From: Acidimicrobiia bacterium
Lineage (GTDB): Bacteria; Actinomycetota; Acidimicrobiia; Spongiisociales; ZC4RG35
Assembly (NCBI GenBank): GCA_965203555.1
Contig: CBDBCY010000004.1
Coordinates: 928,001-992,000, forward strand
Length of the DNA: 64,000 nucleotides
Direction: 5' to 3'
The notes beneath the pieces are model-generated. The model did not search any database, was not told the origin of the DNA, and saw only the letters and a program-made list of their open reading frames with translations. Position numbers and translations under genes: made by a program. Of this stretch, positions 31,260 to 40,759 are shown piece after piece. Within the stretch, counting starts at the first letter, position 1; each line of letters starts with the position of its first letter.

Positions 31260-31956
31260 CGGACAGTGTTCCTCTCGAGTTCAAGTGCCGTAGGATCGCC
31301 GCCTGGGCCTGTTCAAGATGGGTCTCAATCAGCCCGATTGCCCGGTCGGCATCCCTCCGGCGATAGGCCTCCAGAATCTCCTCGTGATGTCGCAGAGCCC
31401 GTCTGAGTTCGGCGACAGGAGCGCCGGCCTGCGTCCACTGATACCGTTCGCATATACCCAGCAACCTGTCATAGATCGAGAGCAAATGAGGCATTCCCGA
31501 GGGTTCATACATCGATCTGTGGAACCTGGTGTTGAGCCCTATCAGGGTCAGTCGATCCTCGTTCTCTGTTGCCACATGCATCTGTCCGAGCAGGGAATCC
31601 AAGAGGGTCATCACGGATTCATCGGCCCCCCTGATGCCCTCGGCCATGGCTATGGGTTCAATCGCCCCGCGCAGCGCATATAGCTCCTTCACTTCCTCCA
31701 GGCTCAATGGCCGCACTCGCATCGACGAGTGGGGTTGTAGCGTGACGTATCCACGCTCGGAGAGTCGCCTGAGAGCTTGTCGAATCGGCGTGCGGCTGAT
31801 TTGATAGGTGGCCTCGAGATCCTTTAGCAGGATGCGCTCTCCGGCCTTAAGTTCCCCCGACAAGATCGCTCCGCGGATGGTGCTGTAGGCAAAGTCCTCC
31901 AGTGTTCTGAACATGGGATCGTTGGACTGGGGCAACGACGTCAGTGGACGATTCAT
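31252..31956 (-). CDS. GntR family regulator (FCD domain)
   Basis: IRGAILSGELKAGERI...ISRTPIRQAL; NTRFH; HEEILEA. Confidence 0.92.
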   Translation of the reverse strand: MNRPLTSLPQSNDPMFRTLEDFAYSTIRGAILSGELKAGERILLKDLEATYQISRTPIRQALRRLSERGYVTLQPHSSMRVRPLSLEEVKELYALRGAIEPIAMAEGIRGADESVMTLLDSLLGQMHVATENEDRLTLIGLNTRFHRSMYEPSGMPHLLSIYDRLLGICERYQWTQAGAPVAELRRALRHHEEILEAYRRRDADRAIGLIETHLEQAQAAILRHLNSRGTLSDE

Positions 31957-33890
31957 ATCACTACCAAACTTGCTTGTATGAGTTCTCTCGTGTACTCGGT
32001 ATCCGGCCGGGTGAGCACTTGTTCCACGATGCCCGACTCGATGGTCTTGCCCTCTTTCATCACTATGACCCGGTCGGCAAGCATGTTCATCACTCCCAAG
32101 TCATGGGTTATGAAAACGAAGGCAAGTCCCTCTTGCTTGGCCAGCGAGGTCAGAAGCTCCAGTATCTGCGCCTGAATGCTGACATCCAATGCCGAGACCG
32201 GTTCGTCGCATATGAGCACCTGCGGCTCAACCGACAGCGCTCGAGCGATGGCAACTCTCTGGCGCTGTCCCCCTGACATCTGGTGTGGGTAACGCTCTGC
32301 GAAGGACGGATCCAAACCGACCCTCTCCAGCAATTGACCGGCTTGCTCCCAGGGAGAATCGGAAGAGTCAAGAGCGTGAGCCCGGGGTCCTTCCATCAGG
32401 AGATCAACAACCTTGCGTCGGGGGTTGAGGCTTCCGTAGGGATCTTGAAAGATGATCTGCGCTCTCCTCCGTATATCTCTGAGTGCGCTCTTGCCCAATT
32501 CGTCAAGATCGGCGCCAAGGATTTCTCGACGTCCCTCGACGAGAGCGTTACGTGGCTCGAGCCGTATCAGGGACAGAGCGACCGTTGACTTTCCACTCCC
32601 TGATTCTCCCACCACCGCCACCGTCTCCGCTCTCCTCAACTCGATGTTGAACTCCCGAACGGCTGGAGTGGCTTTGGTCCCATAAGAGACCAGGCGGCCC
32701 TCCCGGTAGGCCACCGACAATCCCGTAGCCCTGAGGATGACTTCATGGCTGCTCTCGGACTCCCCTCCAACTTCAGAAGAGAACGCGGCGGTCTTGAGAG
32801 AAAGCGGTGCTAATACCGGGGTTGGGTCCGTTAGTGTCCTGTCCGATCTCTCAGGTGCGTCATCGGCAAGTCCGTCTCCCAACGGATAGAAGCAGGCCGC
32901 ACTGTGCAGTCCACCGTAGTCTTCGAGCGGGGGAGAGTGGTTTCGGCACTTGTCGGCGGCTCGAGAACATCGCGGCGCGTAGACGCAATTGTCCCAGGTT
33001 GACTCCAGGGTGATCGGAGCGGTCCCGGTGATGGGCTGTACCTCGGTGCGGAAACCGCCCCTCAGGTCCAGTGGACAACTCTCGATGAGGCCTTTCGTGT
33101 AAGGGTGCCGAGGTTCAGAGAGCACGTTCGGTGTCCTACCCCTTTCGACCACGCGGCCGGAATAGAGCACCGCCAATCGATCCGAAACGCTGGCGATGAC
33201 CCCCACATCGTGGGTAACCAGCAACATGCTCAAACCCATGTCGTCCACCAGGGAACGAAGCAGTCTCAGGATTCGGGCCTGTGTTCGAACATCCAGAGCG
33301 GTTGTGGCCTCGTCGGCAATCAACAACAACGGGTCGCAGGCAATGGCCATGGCGATGGCGACTCTCTGCTGCTGCCCACCTGACAACTCATGTGGATAAC
33401 GGGAAAGGAAGCCCCTGTCGCCCCGAAGCCCCACAGCTTCCATCAATTCGACCACTCGTTGATCTCGATCACGCCTATTCAAAGTCAGATGTGCCTTGAT
33501 GACCTCGCGCACCTGAGTCCCCACTCTCATCACCGGGTTGAGGCTTGAAATGGGGTCTTGGAAGATCGTTCCAACCAGAACGCCCCGAACCTCTCGCCAG
33601 TTGACCCGATCAGATGTCAGGGCTTGCCCACCGAGACTGATCGAACCGCCCGTGACGTCGATTCCCCTGGGCAGGAGTCCCACGATGGCCTTGGCCGTCA
33701 GGCTCTTTCCCGCCCCGGACTCTCCAACCAGCCCCAGACATTGGCCTTGCTCGATTTCCAGGCTGACGCCCTTGACCAGGTCCAGGGGATCAGCGCCTCC
33801 TCCGTGCAGAGACAATGTCAAGTCCGTGATCTCAAGCGTCGGTGGGCGACTGCTGTCTTCGGATCTTCGTTCAGTCCCGGTCATGGCCAT
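31953..33890 (-). CDS. Fused DppD/DppF ABC ATPase
   Basis: Two Walker A motifs (GESGAGKS, GESGSGKS), two SGGQ signatures, oligo_HPY region. Confidence 0.94.
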   Translation of the reverse strand: MAMTGTERRSEDSSRPPTLEITDLTLSLHGGGADPLDLVKGVSLEIEQGQCLGLVGESGAGKSLTAKAIVGLLPRGIDVTGGSISLGGQALTSDRVNWREVRGVLVGTIFQDPISSLNPVMRVGTQVREVIKAHLTLNRRDRDQRVVELMEAVGLRGDRGFLSRYPHELSGGQQQRVAIAMAIACDPLLLIADEATTALDVRTQARILRLLRSLVDDMGLSMLLVTHDVGVIASVSDRLAVLYSGRVVERGRTPNVLSEPRHPYTKGLIESCPLDLRGGFRTEVQPITGTAPITLESTWDNCVYAPRCSRAADKCRNHSPPLEDYGGLHSAACFYPLGDGLADDAPERSDRTLTDPTPVLAPLSLKTAAFSSEVGGESESSHEVILRATGLSVAYREGRLVSYGTKATPAVREFNIELRRAETVAVVGESGSGKSTVALSLIRLEPRNALVEGRREILGADLDELGKSALRDIRRRAQIIFQDPYGSLNPRRKVVDLLMEGPRAHALDSSDSPWEQAGQLLERVGLDPSFAERYPHQMSGGQRQRVAIARALSVEPQVLICDEPVSALDVSIQAQILELLTSLAKQEGLAFVFITHDLGVMNMLADRVIVMKEGKTIESGIVEQVLTRPDTEYTRELIQASLVVI

Positions 33891-33905
33891 GGCAAATCCG
33901 ATTGT

Positions 33906-34820
33906 CTACGGTAGATCGAGAAGCCGGACCGGATTCTCATGGAAGATCGTGCGGAACTCCTGGTCACCGAACCCGACCCCTCGCAGAGAGTCGAAGAAGT
34001 CCGTGACGCAATAGGGGTAACCACCCCCGTCGAAGGCACGCAGATGTGACCGGAAGCACACATCGTTGGAAATCACGACCTGATCCAGGCAACCTCGCTC
34101 AGCCAGCCATGCCAAACCGGCGATGCGAACCTTGACGTCATACGGAAAGTGAGGCCTGACAGTGTCAAAGCCGAGAGTGACCCCCATTTCGAGCAACTCC
34201 GACCAGTACTCCTTCCGGGGAACCGTATCAGAGTGGCCTATGACTATCCGCTCGGGTGGAACACCCATTCTCAGCAGGATGTTGGCTTGCTCGATCCCCA
34301 CCGTGCTCCGGGCGGCGTGCGTGTATATCGCGACTCCGGTCTCCAGGTGCGCAAACCCCCCGGCACGCAACACTCGCTCCTCGGCGGGAGTCATCGGATT
34401 CCTGTACGCACCGATTTCTCCTATGATCCCCGGCCGTACTCCGCCCTCGGCAACCCCTTTGGTTATCTCTGATATCAGTATGTCCGCCAGACCGTCTGCG
34501 GTCGTCTCAAAGACCTGGCGCGGCAGGTAGGGGTCACGGTACCATCCACATCCGCCAACGATATTGAGCCCGGTGCTCAAGGCGATCCCTCGCAGAGTCT
34601 TGAGATCTCTACCCAGTCCGCCGCTCGTCACGTCCACCACGGTTCGCACCGGGGTAGATGCCAGGTGTCGAAGCTCGCTGATGGCAAGGTCAACATCATC
34701 GAGCAGATGGTCCGAATTGCCGGAGACCCGGTATAGGTCACACATGATGTGCTCGTGCATCAACACCGCGCCGATGTCCGTACTGGGTATTTCACCCGTC
34801 ACGGTCACGACGGAGCCCAT
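33906..34820 (-). CDS. Phosphotriesterase-homology (Php-type) amidohydrolase
   Basis: HEH, GIIGEIG (Glu bridge as in Php), YTHA, IGHSD, SND. Confidence 0.9.
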   Translation of the reverse strand: MGSVVTVTGEIPSTDIGAVLMHEHIMCDLYRVSGNSDHLLDDVDLAISELRHLASTPVRTVVDVTSGGLGRDLKTLRGIALSTGLNIVGGCGWYRDPYLPRQVFETTADGLADILISEITKGVAEGGVRPGIIGEIGAYRNPMTPAEERVLRAGGFAHLETGVAIYTHAARSTVGIEQANILLRMGVPPERIVIGHSDTVPRKEYWSELLEMGVTLGFDTVRPHFPYDVKVRIAGLAWLAERGCLDQVVISNDVCFRSHLRAFDGGGYPYCVTDFFDSLRGVGFGDQEFRTIFHENPVRLLDLP

Positions 34821-34830
34821 CAGCTCTCCT

Positions 34831-35901
34831 TCAACGGCCCAGCACACCGGCGAACGCTTCTATCACTCGTCCGAGATCGTGCTGCCTTGATTCACGATTG
34901 ACAACGAGACGAATGGACCGGGCAGACCGCGGCTTTGCCAGAACCCCCCTGGCGGCAAGTCGTCTACAGAACTGGGCGGCGGTCAGGTCCACAAGAACGT
35001 CGAAGAGAATGATGTTCGTCTGAGGGGCCGGAACGGCCAGTTCGGAATCGAAATGTTGGGTGAGCGACCGCGCCAAGTCTCTTGCTCCGCAATTGTCAAG
35101 GTATGGATGGTCCCGGTTGTTTTCCAGGGCCTCCAGCGCCATGGTCGCCAAGAGGCCTTCCTGGTGTATCGACGCAACTCCCAATTGACCTCGGAGACTC
35201 CTCACTCGGACGATGACATCTTCGGGACCTGCCAGCACGGCGCCGTACGGTGCTCCCAGACTCTTGTTGAGACTCAACGCCACTGTCGTCGCCGAAGCGC
35301 ACAGATCCCTTATTTCAACATCAAGGCCGGCTGCCGCATTGAAGATTCGCGCCCCGTCGACATGAATGCGGGCGCCACATTCGAACGCCAGGCTTGAGAC
35401 TCTCTTCATGTCAGACCGGCTCACCACCATTCCGCCCGCGTTGTTGTGGGTGTTCTCGACACAGATCAGGCCCACGGGCGGAAGTCCGAACAGAGACGAT
35501 CGCTCAGCAAACTCGACAACGGCGGCAGCGTCAACAACGCTGCCCGCTCTCGGCACCGGTACCAATTGGACGCCGCCTGTCACCGCGGCACTGTTTGCCT
35601 CCATCCACCGAATGTGCGAGTCGGCGTCGACAACCACGTTCTCGGCCGGTTTGGCAAGCGCCATCACCGCCAGTAGGTTCGCCGCACTGCAGGTAGGCAG
35701 GAACACGGCCGCTTCCTTGGCAGTCAGTTCGGACACCGCCTGCTCCAAGTCTTTGGTGTACCCTTCCGGACCGCCGTCTCGGGGAGATTCAACGGCGGAT
35801 CTCAAACGGTCCAGCATGCTGTGGGTGGGCAGGTTGTAGGTATCGCTGCGCAGGTCAACGAATCCGTCGGACAGTCCTTTCGACTCTCCCGCAGGCATCA
35901 T
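34831..35901 (-). CDS. Low-specificity threonine aldolase-like PLP enzyme (divergent)
   Basis: DLRSDT, CVENTHN, HVDGARIFNA, SLNKSLGAP (PLP Lys). Confidence 0.85.
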   Translation of the reverse strand: MMPAGESKGLSDGFVDLRSDTYNLPTHSMLDRLRSAVESPRDGGPEGYTKDLEQAVSELTAKEAAVFLPTCSAANLLAVMALAKPAENVVVDADSHIRWMEANSAAVTGGVQLVPVPRAGSVVDAAAVVEFAERSSLFGLPPVGLICVENTHNNAGGMVVSRSDMKRVSSLAFECGARIHVDGARIFNAAAGLDVEIRDLCASATTVALSLNKSLGAPYGAVLAGPEDVIVRVRSLRGQLGVASIHQEGLLATMALEALENNRDHPYLDNCGARDLARSLTQHFDSELAVPAPQTNIILFDVLVDLTAAQFCRRLAARGVLAKPRSARSIRLVVNRESRQHDLGRVIEAFAGVLGR

Positions 35902-37610
35902 CGGACCGGCCTTGAAACTGGCAGGGAGACGCTGCAAAGGTCGTCCGGTCCACTTAGAAGTGACTGCGTAGCCGGTACAAGACGAGCATCCGAGTAGGGG
36001 TCGGTCCCGAGATTGTGATTGCGGTCATAGTCCGGGAAGTCACTGCTGGAGATCTTCACCACCAGGCGAGACCCCTCCGCCAATCGGTAGACGGTCGGGC
36101 GACACCGGATCCGGATCGTCTCGGGCTTTCCCGGTTCCAGGAACTGTTCCTGATCGATCCCGTTGCGGTACCGAGCTCGAACAAAGCCGCTCGCAATGAG
36201 AATCGAGGCGCCGTCCTGGCGTTCTTCGGCAACCCATGCGCAGAAGTCTGTGTCGACCGCGCTGCTGGTCACCAACAGGTCCACAGTCACCGGTCCGCGG
36301 ATCTCAACCGGCTGGTCAACCGGCGCCGTGGCAAAGGACAGCACATCCGGTCGCATGTCCATGTAGCCGATGTCGAAAGGGCCGTAGTACGCGTCCTCGT
36401 CCACGGCCGAGGGAACCGGATCCCGGGGGTCGTATACATAGCTCCAGGTTGCGGTCTCCGTGGACGGGGACTCCGAGAGGGCGCCGCCACTGCTGCCTGA
36501 AGCGACAGAGGATGTGAGAAAAAGCCGCTGCGGGGCGCCGACCACCTCGGACCAGCGCTCGGCCTCCCTCCACTGGTTGGCGCCATCCCCCATCGCAAAA
36601 TATCGGATGGATGGTCCGGGGAACAAGTGTCCGGACTCTCCTTTCAGCACGAAGTCGGACCATTGGACGAGAACCTCCGGATAGGACCATTGGGCCGCTT
36701 CGCCGAAGTCGATCTCCCCCCGATGTCGGCTCAGATCGTATTTGGGATCCATGTGCTTCCAGGGCCCCACGATCAGATAGACGGGACATGACTCGCCCCG
36801 ACGGTTCCTCAACCTCTCATGGAGGTCGATCATGCTACCGACATCTATGTCGAACCAGCCGGTCAGGAGCAACACGGGCCCTTCAAACTCGTCACAACGC
36901 CTCATCCATGACAGATAGTCACCCGGCCTGCTCTCAAGCAGGCTTCGGTAATGCGGCGACAGGCCACCCAGCAGGTAGTCCGGCAGTTCCTTCCAGGGGA
37001 GGAACCACAACCACCGATTTCTTTCGACCGTTCGCCAGTTCCGGTAGGCAGACTGCTCGTCGAGAGAGCGGCCGCCCTGGTCGGCGCGTCTGCGAGAGTC
37101 AGGCCCCATGCGGCCGACATACCAAAGGATTCGTCTGGCCGGCCTCAAAACCGGCGAATCGAGGGCGCTCATCGGAAGGCCCGAGGGAAAGATGGCATCG
37201 GGTTTCTGGTCCCCGTCGATAGCCACTTTCCACTGGGTCCAAGCCCCGTAGGAATCACCCCACATTGCAACGGCGCCGTCGCACCATTGCTGGGCCCTGA
37301 TCCAGGACACGGTCGCTGCTCCGTCCCGTGCGTCACTGTCGGGATTCTCGTGAAACGGCACGAACTCGCCCTCCGATTCGAAGCGCCCGCGAAGATCCTG
37401 AATGGCCACCGCGTAGCCGGCCTCGACTGCTTCAGCAATGATCCGTGTGTAGATCATCTTGCCGTCTTCCACCCGGGTCTTGTCGTAAGGCGTTCGCATG
37501 AGCAGCGCCGGGTAGGACCCCCCGCTTCCGGATGGAAGGAAGATATCGGTTGCCAGCCGAACACCGTCCTCCATCCGAAGCGGGGTCGTGAACGATTCCA
37601 CGATTTTCAC
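35898..37610 (-). CDS. CocE/NonD family serine hydrolase
   Basis: RTPYDK, QDLRGRFESEG, GDSYG nucleophile, GWFD, GPWKH, PepX_C-like C-terminus. Confidence 0.92.
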   Translation of the reverse strand: MKIVESFTTPLRMEDGVRLATDIFLPSGSGGSYPALLMRTPYDKTRVEDGKMIYTRIIAEAVEAGYAVAIQDLRGRFESEGEFVPFHENPDSDARDGAATVSWIRAQQWCDGAVAMWGDSYGAWTQWKVAIDGDQKPDAIFPSGLPMSALDSPVLRPARRILWYVGRMGPDSRRRADQGGRSLDEQSAYRNWRTVERNRWLWFLPWKELPDYLLGGLSPHYRSLLESRPGDYLSWMRRCDEFEGPVLLLTGWFDIDVGSMIDLHERLRNRRGESCPVYLIVGPWKHMDPKYDLSRHRGEIDFGEAAQWSYPEVLVQWSDFVLKGESGHLFPGPSIRYFAMGDGANQWREAERWSEVVGAPQRLFLTSSVASGSSGGALSESPSTETATWSYVYDPRDPVPSAVDEDAYYGPFDIGYMDMRPDVLSFATAPVDQPVEIRGPVTVDLLVTSSAVDTDFCAWVAEERQDGASILIASGFVRARYRNGIDQEQFLEPGKPETIRIRCRPTVYRLAEGSRLVVKISSSDFPDYDRNHNLGTDPYSDARLVPATQSLLSGPDDLCSVSLPVSRPVR

Positions 37611-37620
37611 AGGCTACCGG

Positions 37621-39255
37621 TCACTTATCGGTCAGCCAGGTCTCCCTGTAGTCGAGGTCTCCGCTATTGAGGTGCTTGAGGTCCTGGACGCGGTCCCGCA
37701 CACCATGGAACCACCGGTCGAAGTACAGGATCGGAGTTGGAACTTCCGCGTTCCAGACTTCCTGAACCTCACCGTAGGCCGCTATGCGAGCATCCAGATC
37801 CAGTTCGGCCGCCGCATCCGCAAGCAACTGCGAGAACGCCTCGTCACCGAATCCCCACGGGTTGACGTCGGGGTGGGCGAGGTTCCACAGGAATGCAGGA
37901 TCGTAGTCGGGCAACGCCGCATTGGCCACGATGGCGCCGGGATCCGGGTGTGGCGTGAAGGCTTCGCTCCACCCGCCCAGTTCCGGCATCGAGACGTTCA
38001 ACTGTATCCCGATCTTTCCGAGGGACTGTTCCATCACCTCTCCGATGATCCGGGTCCACGGCACGATGTTGAGTCCCACATAGCTGAGTTCGGTGACTCC
38101 CACCTCTTCGAACAGCGCCTTGGCGCGGTCCAGGTCATATGGGTATTCGGTTAGACCGGGGGCCTCCGCCCAGTGACCCGGTGGCAGCAGGTTGTTGGTC
38201 GGCACCGGTATTCCCGTGTCGAAGAACGCCAGGGTGTTGATGGTGTCGAGATCCAGCGCGTGAAGCAGCGCTTGGCGAGCGCGAACATCGTCAAACGGCG
38301 GGGCGCCGTTGTAGATGCTCATGTACGTGACGACAGAAGAGCTGGGAGCAAAGAGCGTACGCAATTCGCCCTCCTTGGCGATCTGCTGAACGAACCGCGG
38401 CTCCAGCTGCCAGTAGATGTCGACGTCGCCGGCGCTCAATGCCGTGAACAGACTGGTTGTGTCGGGGTTCACTGTGACGTCCACTCCGTCGAGGTAGGGC
38501 AAGCCTTCCTCCCAGTAGTTCTCGTTCCGGGTCATGATGAGGCGCTCGTCGGCCACATAGTCGACCATCACGAAGGGACCTGTTCCGATGCCCTCCTGGG
38601 CAATGGTGTCGCCTGATCCCTCGGGAATGATCATGGCTCTCGCCAGCCCCGCCAGCAGGATCGCGGAAGGCGCAGACAGGTGCAAGATGACCGTGTGATC
38701 GTCAACCACCTCGACCTCTTGGATCGTGTTTACAGCTTCGGCGTAGACGCCTGCATTGGTGTCGGGGTGGAGCAACCTGTCGAGCGAGTACTTGACGTCG
38801 GCAGCCGTGAATGGCTGACCATCGTGGAACTGCACGTCCTCTCGCAGGTGGAACGTCCATGCCGTCCCTGACTCGTCAATGTCCCAGGACACAGCCAGAT
38901 CCGGAACCGGTTCGAGTTCCTCCGTATAACGGGTCAGGCCGCTGTAGAGACCTGGCCAAGCGTTGCGGTTGTTGTAGATCCCGAACTGATGGGGATCAAG
39001 CGTCTGTATCGGCTGCGGGGTTCCCAGTTGCAGGGTCCCGCCTCTCTTCTCCGCATCAGGGTCGACCGGCTCGGGCGCAGCAGTGGTCGCCGGCGCAGCA
39101 GTGGTCGCCGGGGCGGCCGTAGTGGGCGCAGGCTCCGGCTCATCTTCCGCGCACCCGGCAAGCAGCGACACAGCCAGACAGAATGTAAGCGCTACTTTCA
39201 GACCTAGCCACCTGCGTGGCGGCCCGTGACTATGAGGTTTCAAAACTGTCCTCAT
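37621..39255 (-). CDS. ABC substrate-binding lipoprotein, family 5
   Basis: LLAG-C lipobox, PATTAA linker repeats, TLDP, FHDG.PFTAADVKYS, GTGPF, VRARQAL. Confidence 0.93.
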   Translation of the reverse strand: MRTVLKPHSHGPPRRWLGLKVALTFCLAVSLLAGCAEDEPEPAPTTAAPATTAAPATTAAPEPVDPDAEKRGGTLQLGTPQPIQTLDPHQFGIYNNRNAWPGLYSGLTRYTEELEPVPDLAVSWDIDESGTAWTFHLREDVQFHDGQPFTAADVKYSLDRLLHPDTNAGVYAEAVNTIQEVEVVDDHTVILHLSAPSAILLAGLARAMIIPEGSGDTIAQEGIGTGPFVMVDYVADERLIMTRNENYWEEGLPYLDGVDVTVNPDTTSLFTALSAGDVDIYWQLEPRFVQQIAKEGELRTLFAPSSSVVTYMSIYNGAPPFDDVRARQALLHALDLDTINTLAFFDTGIPVPTNNLLPPGHWAEAPGLTEYPYDLDRAKALFEEVGVTELSYVGLNIVPWTRIIGEVMEQSLGKIGIQLNVSMPELGGWSEAFTPHPDPGAIVANAALPDYDPAFLWNLAHPDVNPWGFGDEAFSQLLADAAAELDLDARIAAYGEVQEVWNAEVPTPILYFDRWFHGVRDRVQDLKHLNSGDLDYRETWLTDK

Positions 39256-39282
39256 ACCAAACTCCTTTACTTCGGTTCAAGG

Positions 39283-39316
39283 TTGTCTGTGATATGTGAT
39301 CACAGATCACAGACAA
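39283..39316. promoter_or_regulatory. 34-bp near-perfect palindrome, probable GntR operator
   Basis: TTGTCTGTGATATGTGATCACAGATCACAGACAA has one mismatched pair and lies 28 bp upstream of the SBP start. Confidence 0.7.
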
Positions 39317-39423
39317 TACACCTGGAAGAGGTAGATGTCAACCGATACCCGGATATTGATTCGCGAAATACTGCACCCCTACCAGGACCGCGAGGCGGGA
39401 GGCCATTGCCCCTGGCTCCACTG

Positions 39424-39661
39424 GGAGGCTGCTGAAAATTTGATGGTGGGTGAGGGTGGTTGGAGGTGGGGTTTCCCGCTGTTTGGTGTGGTTGGTGCCC
39501 CTTTCGGTGGTGGTGAGGTGCAGTCCGAGGTTGATGAGCCTGCGCAGATTGATCGCGGCGACGCGGGTGTGCAGTTGTCGTCGGTTTCGAGTGGCGCCCC
39601 CGTAGCGGAGTTTGCGGTGACCGTTGGAGACGAGGTGAGCGATCAGCCGTTGGACCGTCAA
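39424..39661 (-). mobile_element. IS remnant (IS1182-like transposase C-terminus plus terminal IR-like sequence)
   Basis: VQRLIAHLVSNGHRKLRYGGATRNRRQLHTRVAAINLRRLINLGL matches the DDE C-terminal pattern; TTTTCAGCAGCCTCC at 39438-39424. Confidence 0.7.
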
Positions 39662-39959
39662 CAGAACCAGTCGCTACCGAAGTCCTTTCTACTTTGACCC
39701 CGTCGACCATTCCGACGAACACTCCCGCGGTGACCTGCCCCTCCGTGTAACTGTCCGCCGCGGCGGCGAGACGCCCGGCGACCTGTTGAGAGTCGAAGTC
39801 GTTCAGCATCAAGACGTCCACGTCGAACGACGCCCGGTGTTCAAGTTGCAGGGCGATAGCCGACCTGCCGACCATTACCCCTCCCAGAGGTTCGGTAACC
39901 GCGGCCACTTTTGGGAGGACCCTCTCGATCGCCTCCCGAGTGTGCTCCCAGCCCAACAT
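39662..39959 (-). pseudogene. AbiEii/AbiGii-type nucleotidyltransferase toxin, truncated
   Basis: MVGRSAIALQLEHRASFDVD matches the GGTA.AL...HR.S.D.D motif with a G>R change; it is cut after ~95 aa where the IS remnant begins. Confidence 0.65.
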
Positions 39960-40525
39960 CAGAAATCCCCCAAACGGTGTTTGATGCGTTCCACGACCGG
40001 TCCGTTCTGGTAGCCCCGCTTGCCCAACAGTTCCCGCAAAGCCTGAGAGGGTAGATGTTTCAGAGCCCACGTTTCGGCCAGGACATGCCGGGTGGATCCC
40101 TCGGGGACGAGCATGCGGGACGCCGCGTACACAGCGTCGTCGGGAAGGCGAAGATACATGGGGTCGATGCCCGACCAGAAAACCCACCACAGTCGGGGGG
40201 GTATGCGGTCCTGCTCCCGTGGGGCATCCTCGAAGGTCGGCATGGACTTTCCCAGGAACTCTCTCCGGGGTGTCTCTACCCACAGTTGCGCTTCTCGTTC
40301 CCGGTAGTACCAGGAGACCTTCTGTGGTTTGGGTTCGGCGAAGCCCCGTCTGTTCAAACGCCGCAGGGCCTGTTCGGCGTGACCGACGTTCAGGTGCGAC
40401 AGTTCGGCAACCCGGCGAGGTTCGGCGCCGGGTGCGTACGCTCGGAGGACGGCTAGGGCAGCGCCGACGCAAGAAGGCTCTGCTGCGAACGGCCCGTCTG
40501 GGGGGTAACGAACCCGGGCGGAGGG
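39959..40525 (-). pseudogene. wHTH-containing partner (antitoxin-like) of the AbiEii-type gene; 5' end disrupted
   Basis: The frame upstream of TTG 40357 reads ALAVLRAYAPGAEPRRVAELSHLNVGHAEQALRRLNRRG (HTH-like), bounded by TGA at 40528 with no canonical start. Its stop overlaps the toxin ATG. Confidence 0.5.
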
Positions 40526-40759
40526 TCAGCCGTTCCCGTCGGCGGGCACCCACAAGAGGCATCGGTCATCAGGGCTCAGACTAGCGGGGGTTACCGGTGC
40601 TGTCCATGTCCCCGATGACCGCCTCCCCCGCAGGCAGGAGGCGCTCAACTGTCGTTCGCCACCACCTCTCCCTTCTGGCCAGACCATCCAGGCGGAGCAG
40701 GCACAGAACCCCGGTCGAGGCGGGACACTCCAGATGTGGCTTCACCACCGGCTGTCTGA

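Noticed and set aside
39076-39130. 18-bp tandem repeats as a CRISPR-like or regulatory array
   Set aside because: They encode the PATTAA linker of the SBP lipoprotein; no spacers or cas genes appear anywhere in the window.
39300-40562. 420-aa minus-strand ORF as a real protein
   Set aside because: It is a chimeric frame: an off-frame read of the HTH gene, the AbiEii fragment, then off-frame IS sequence.
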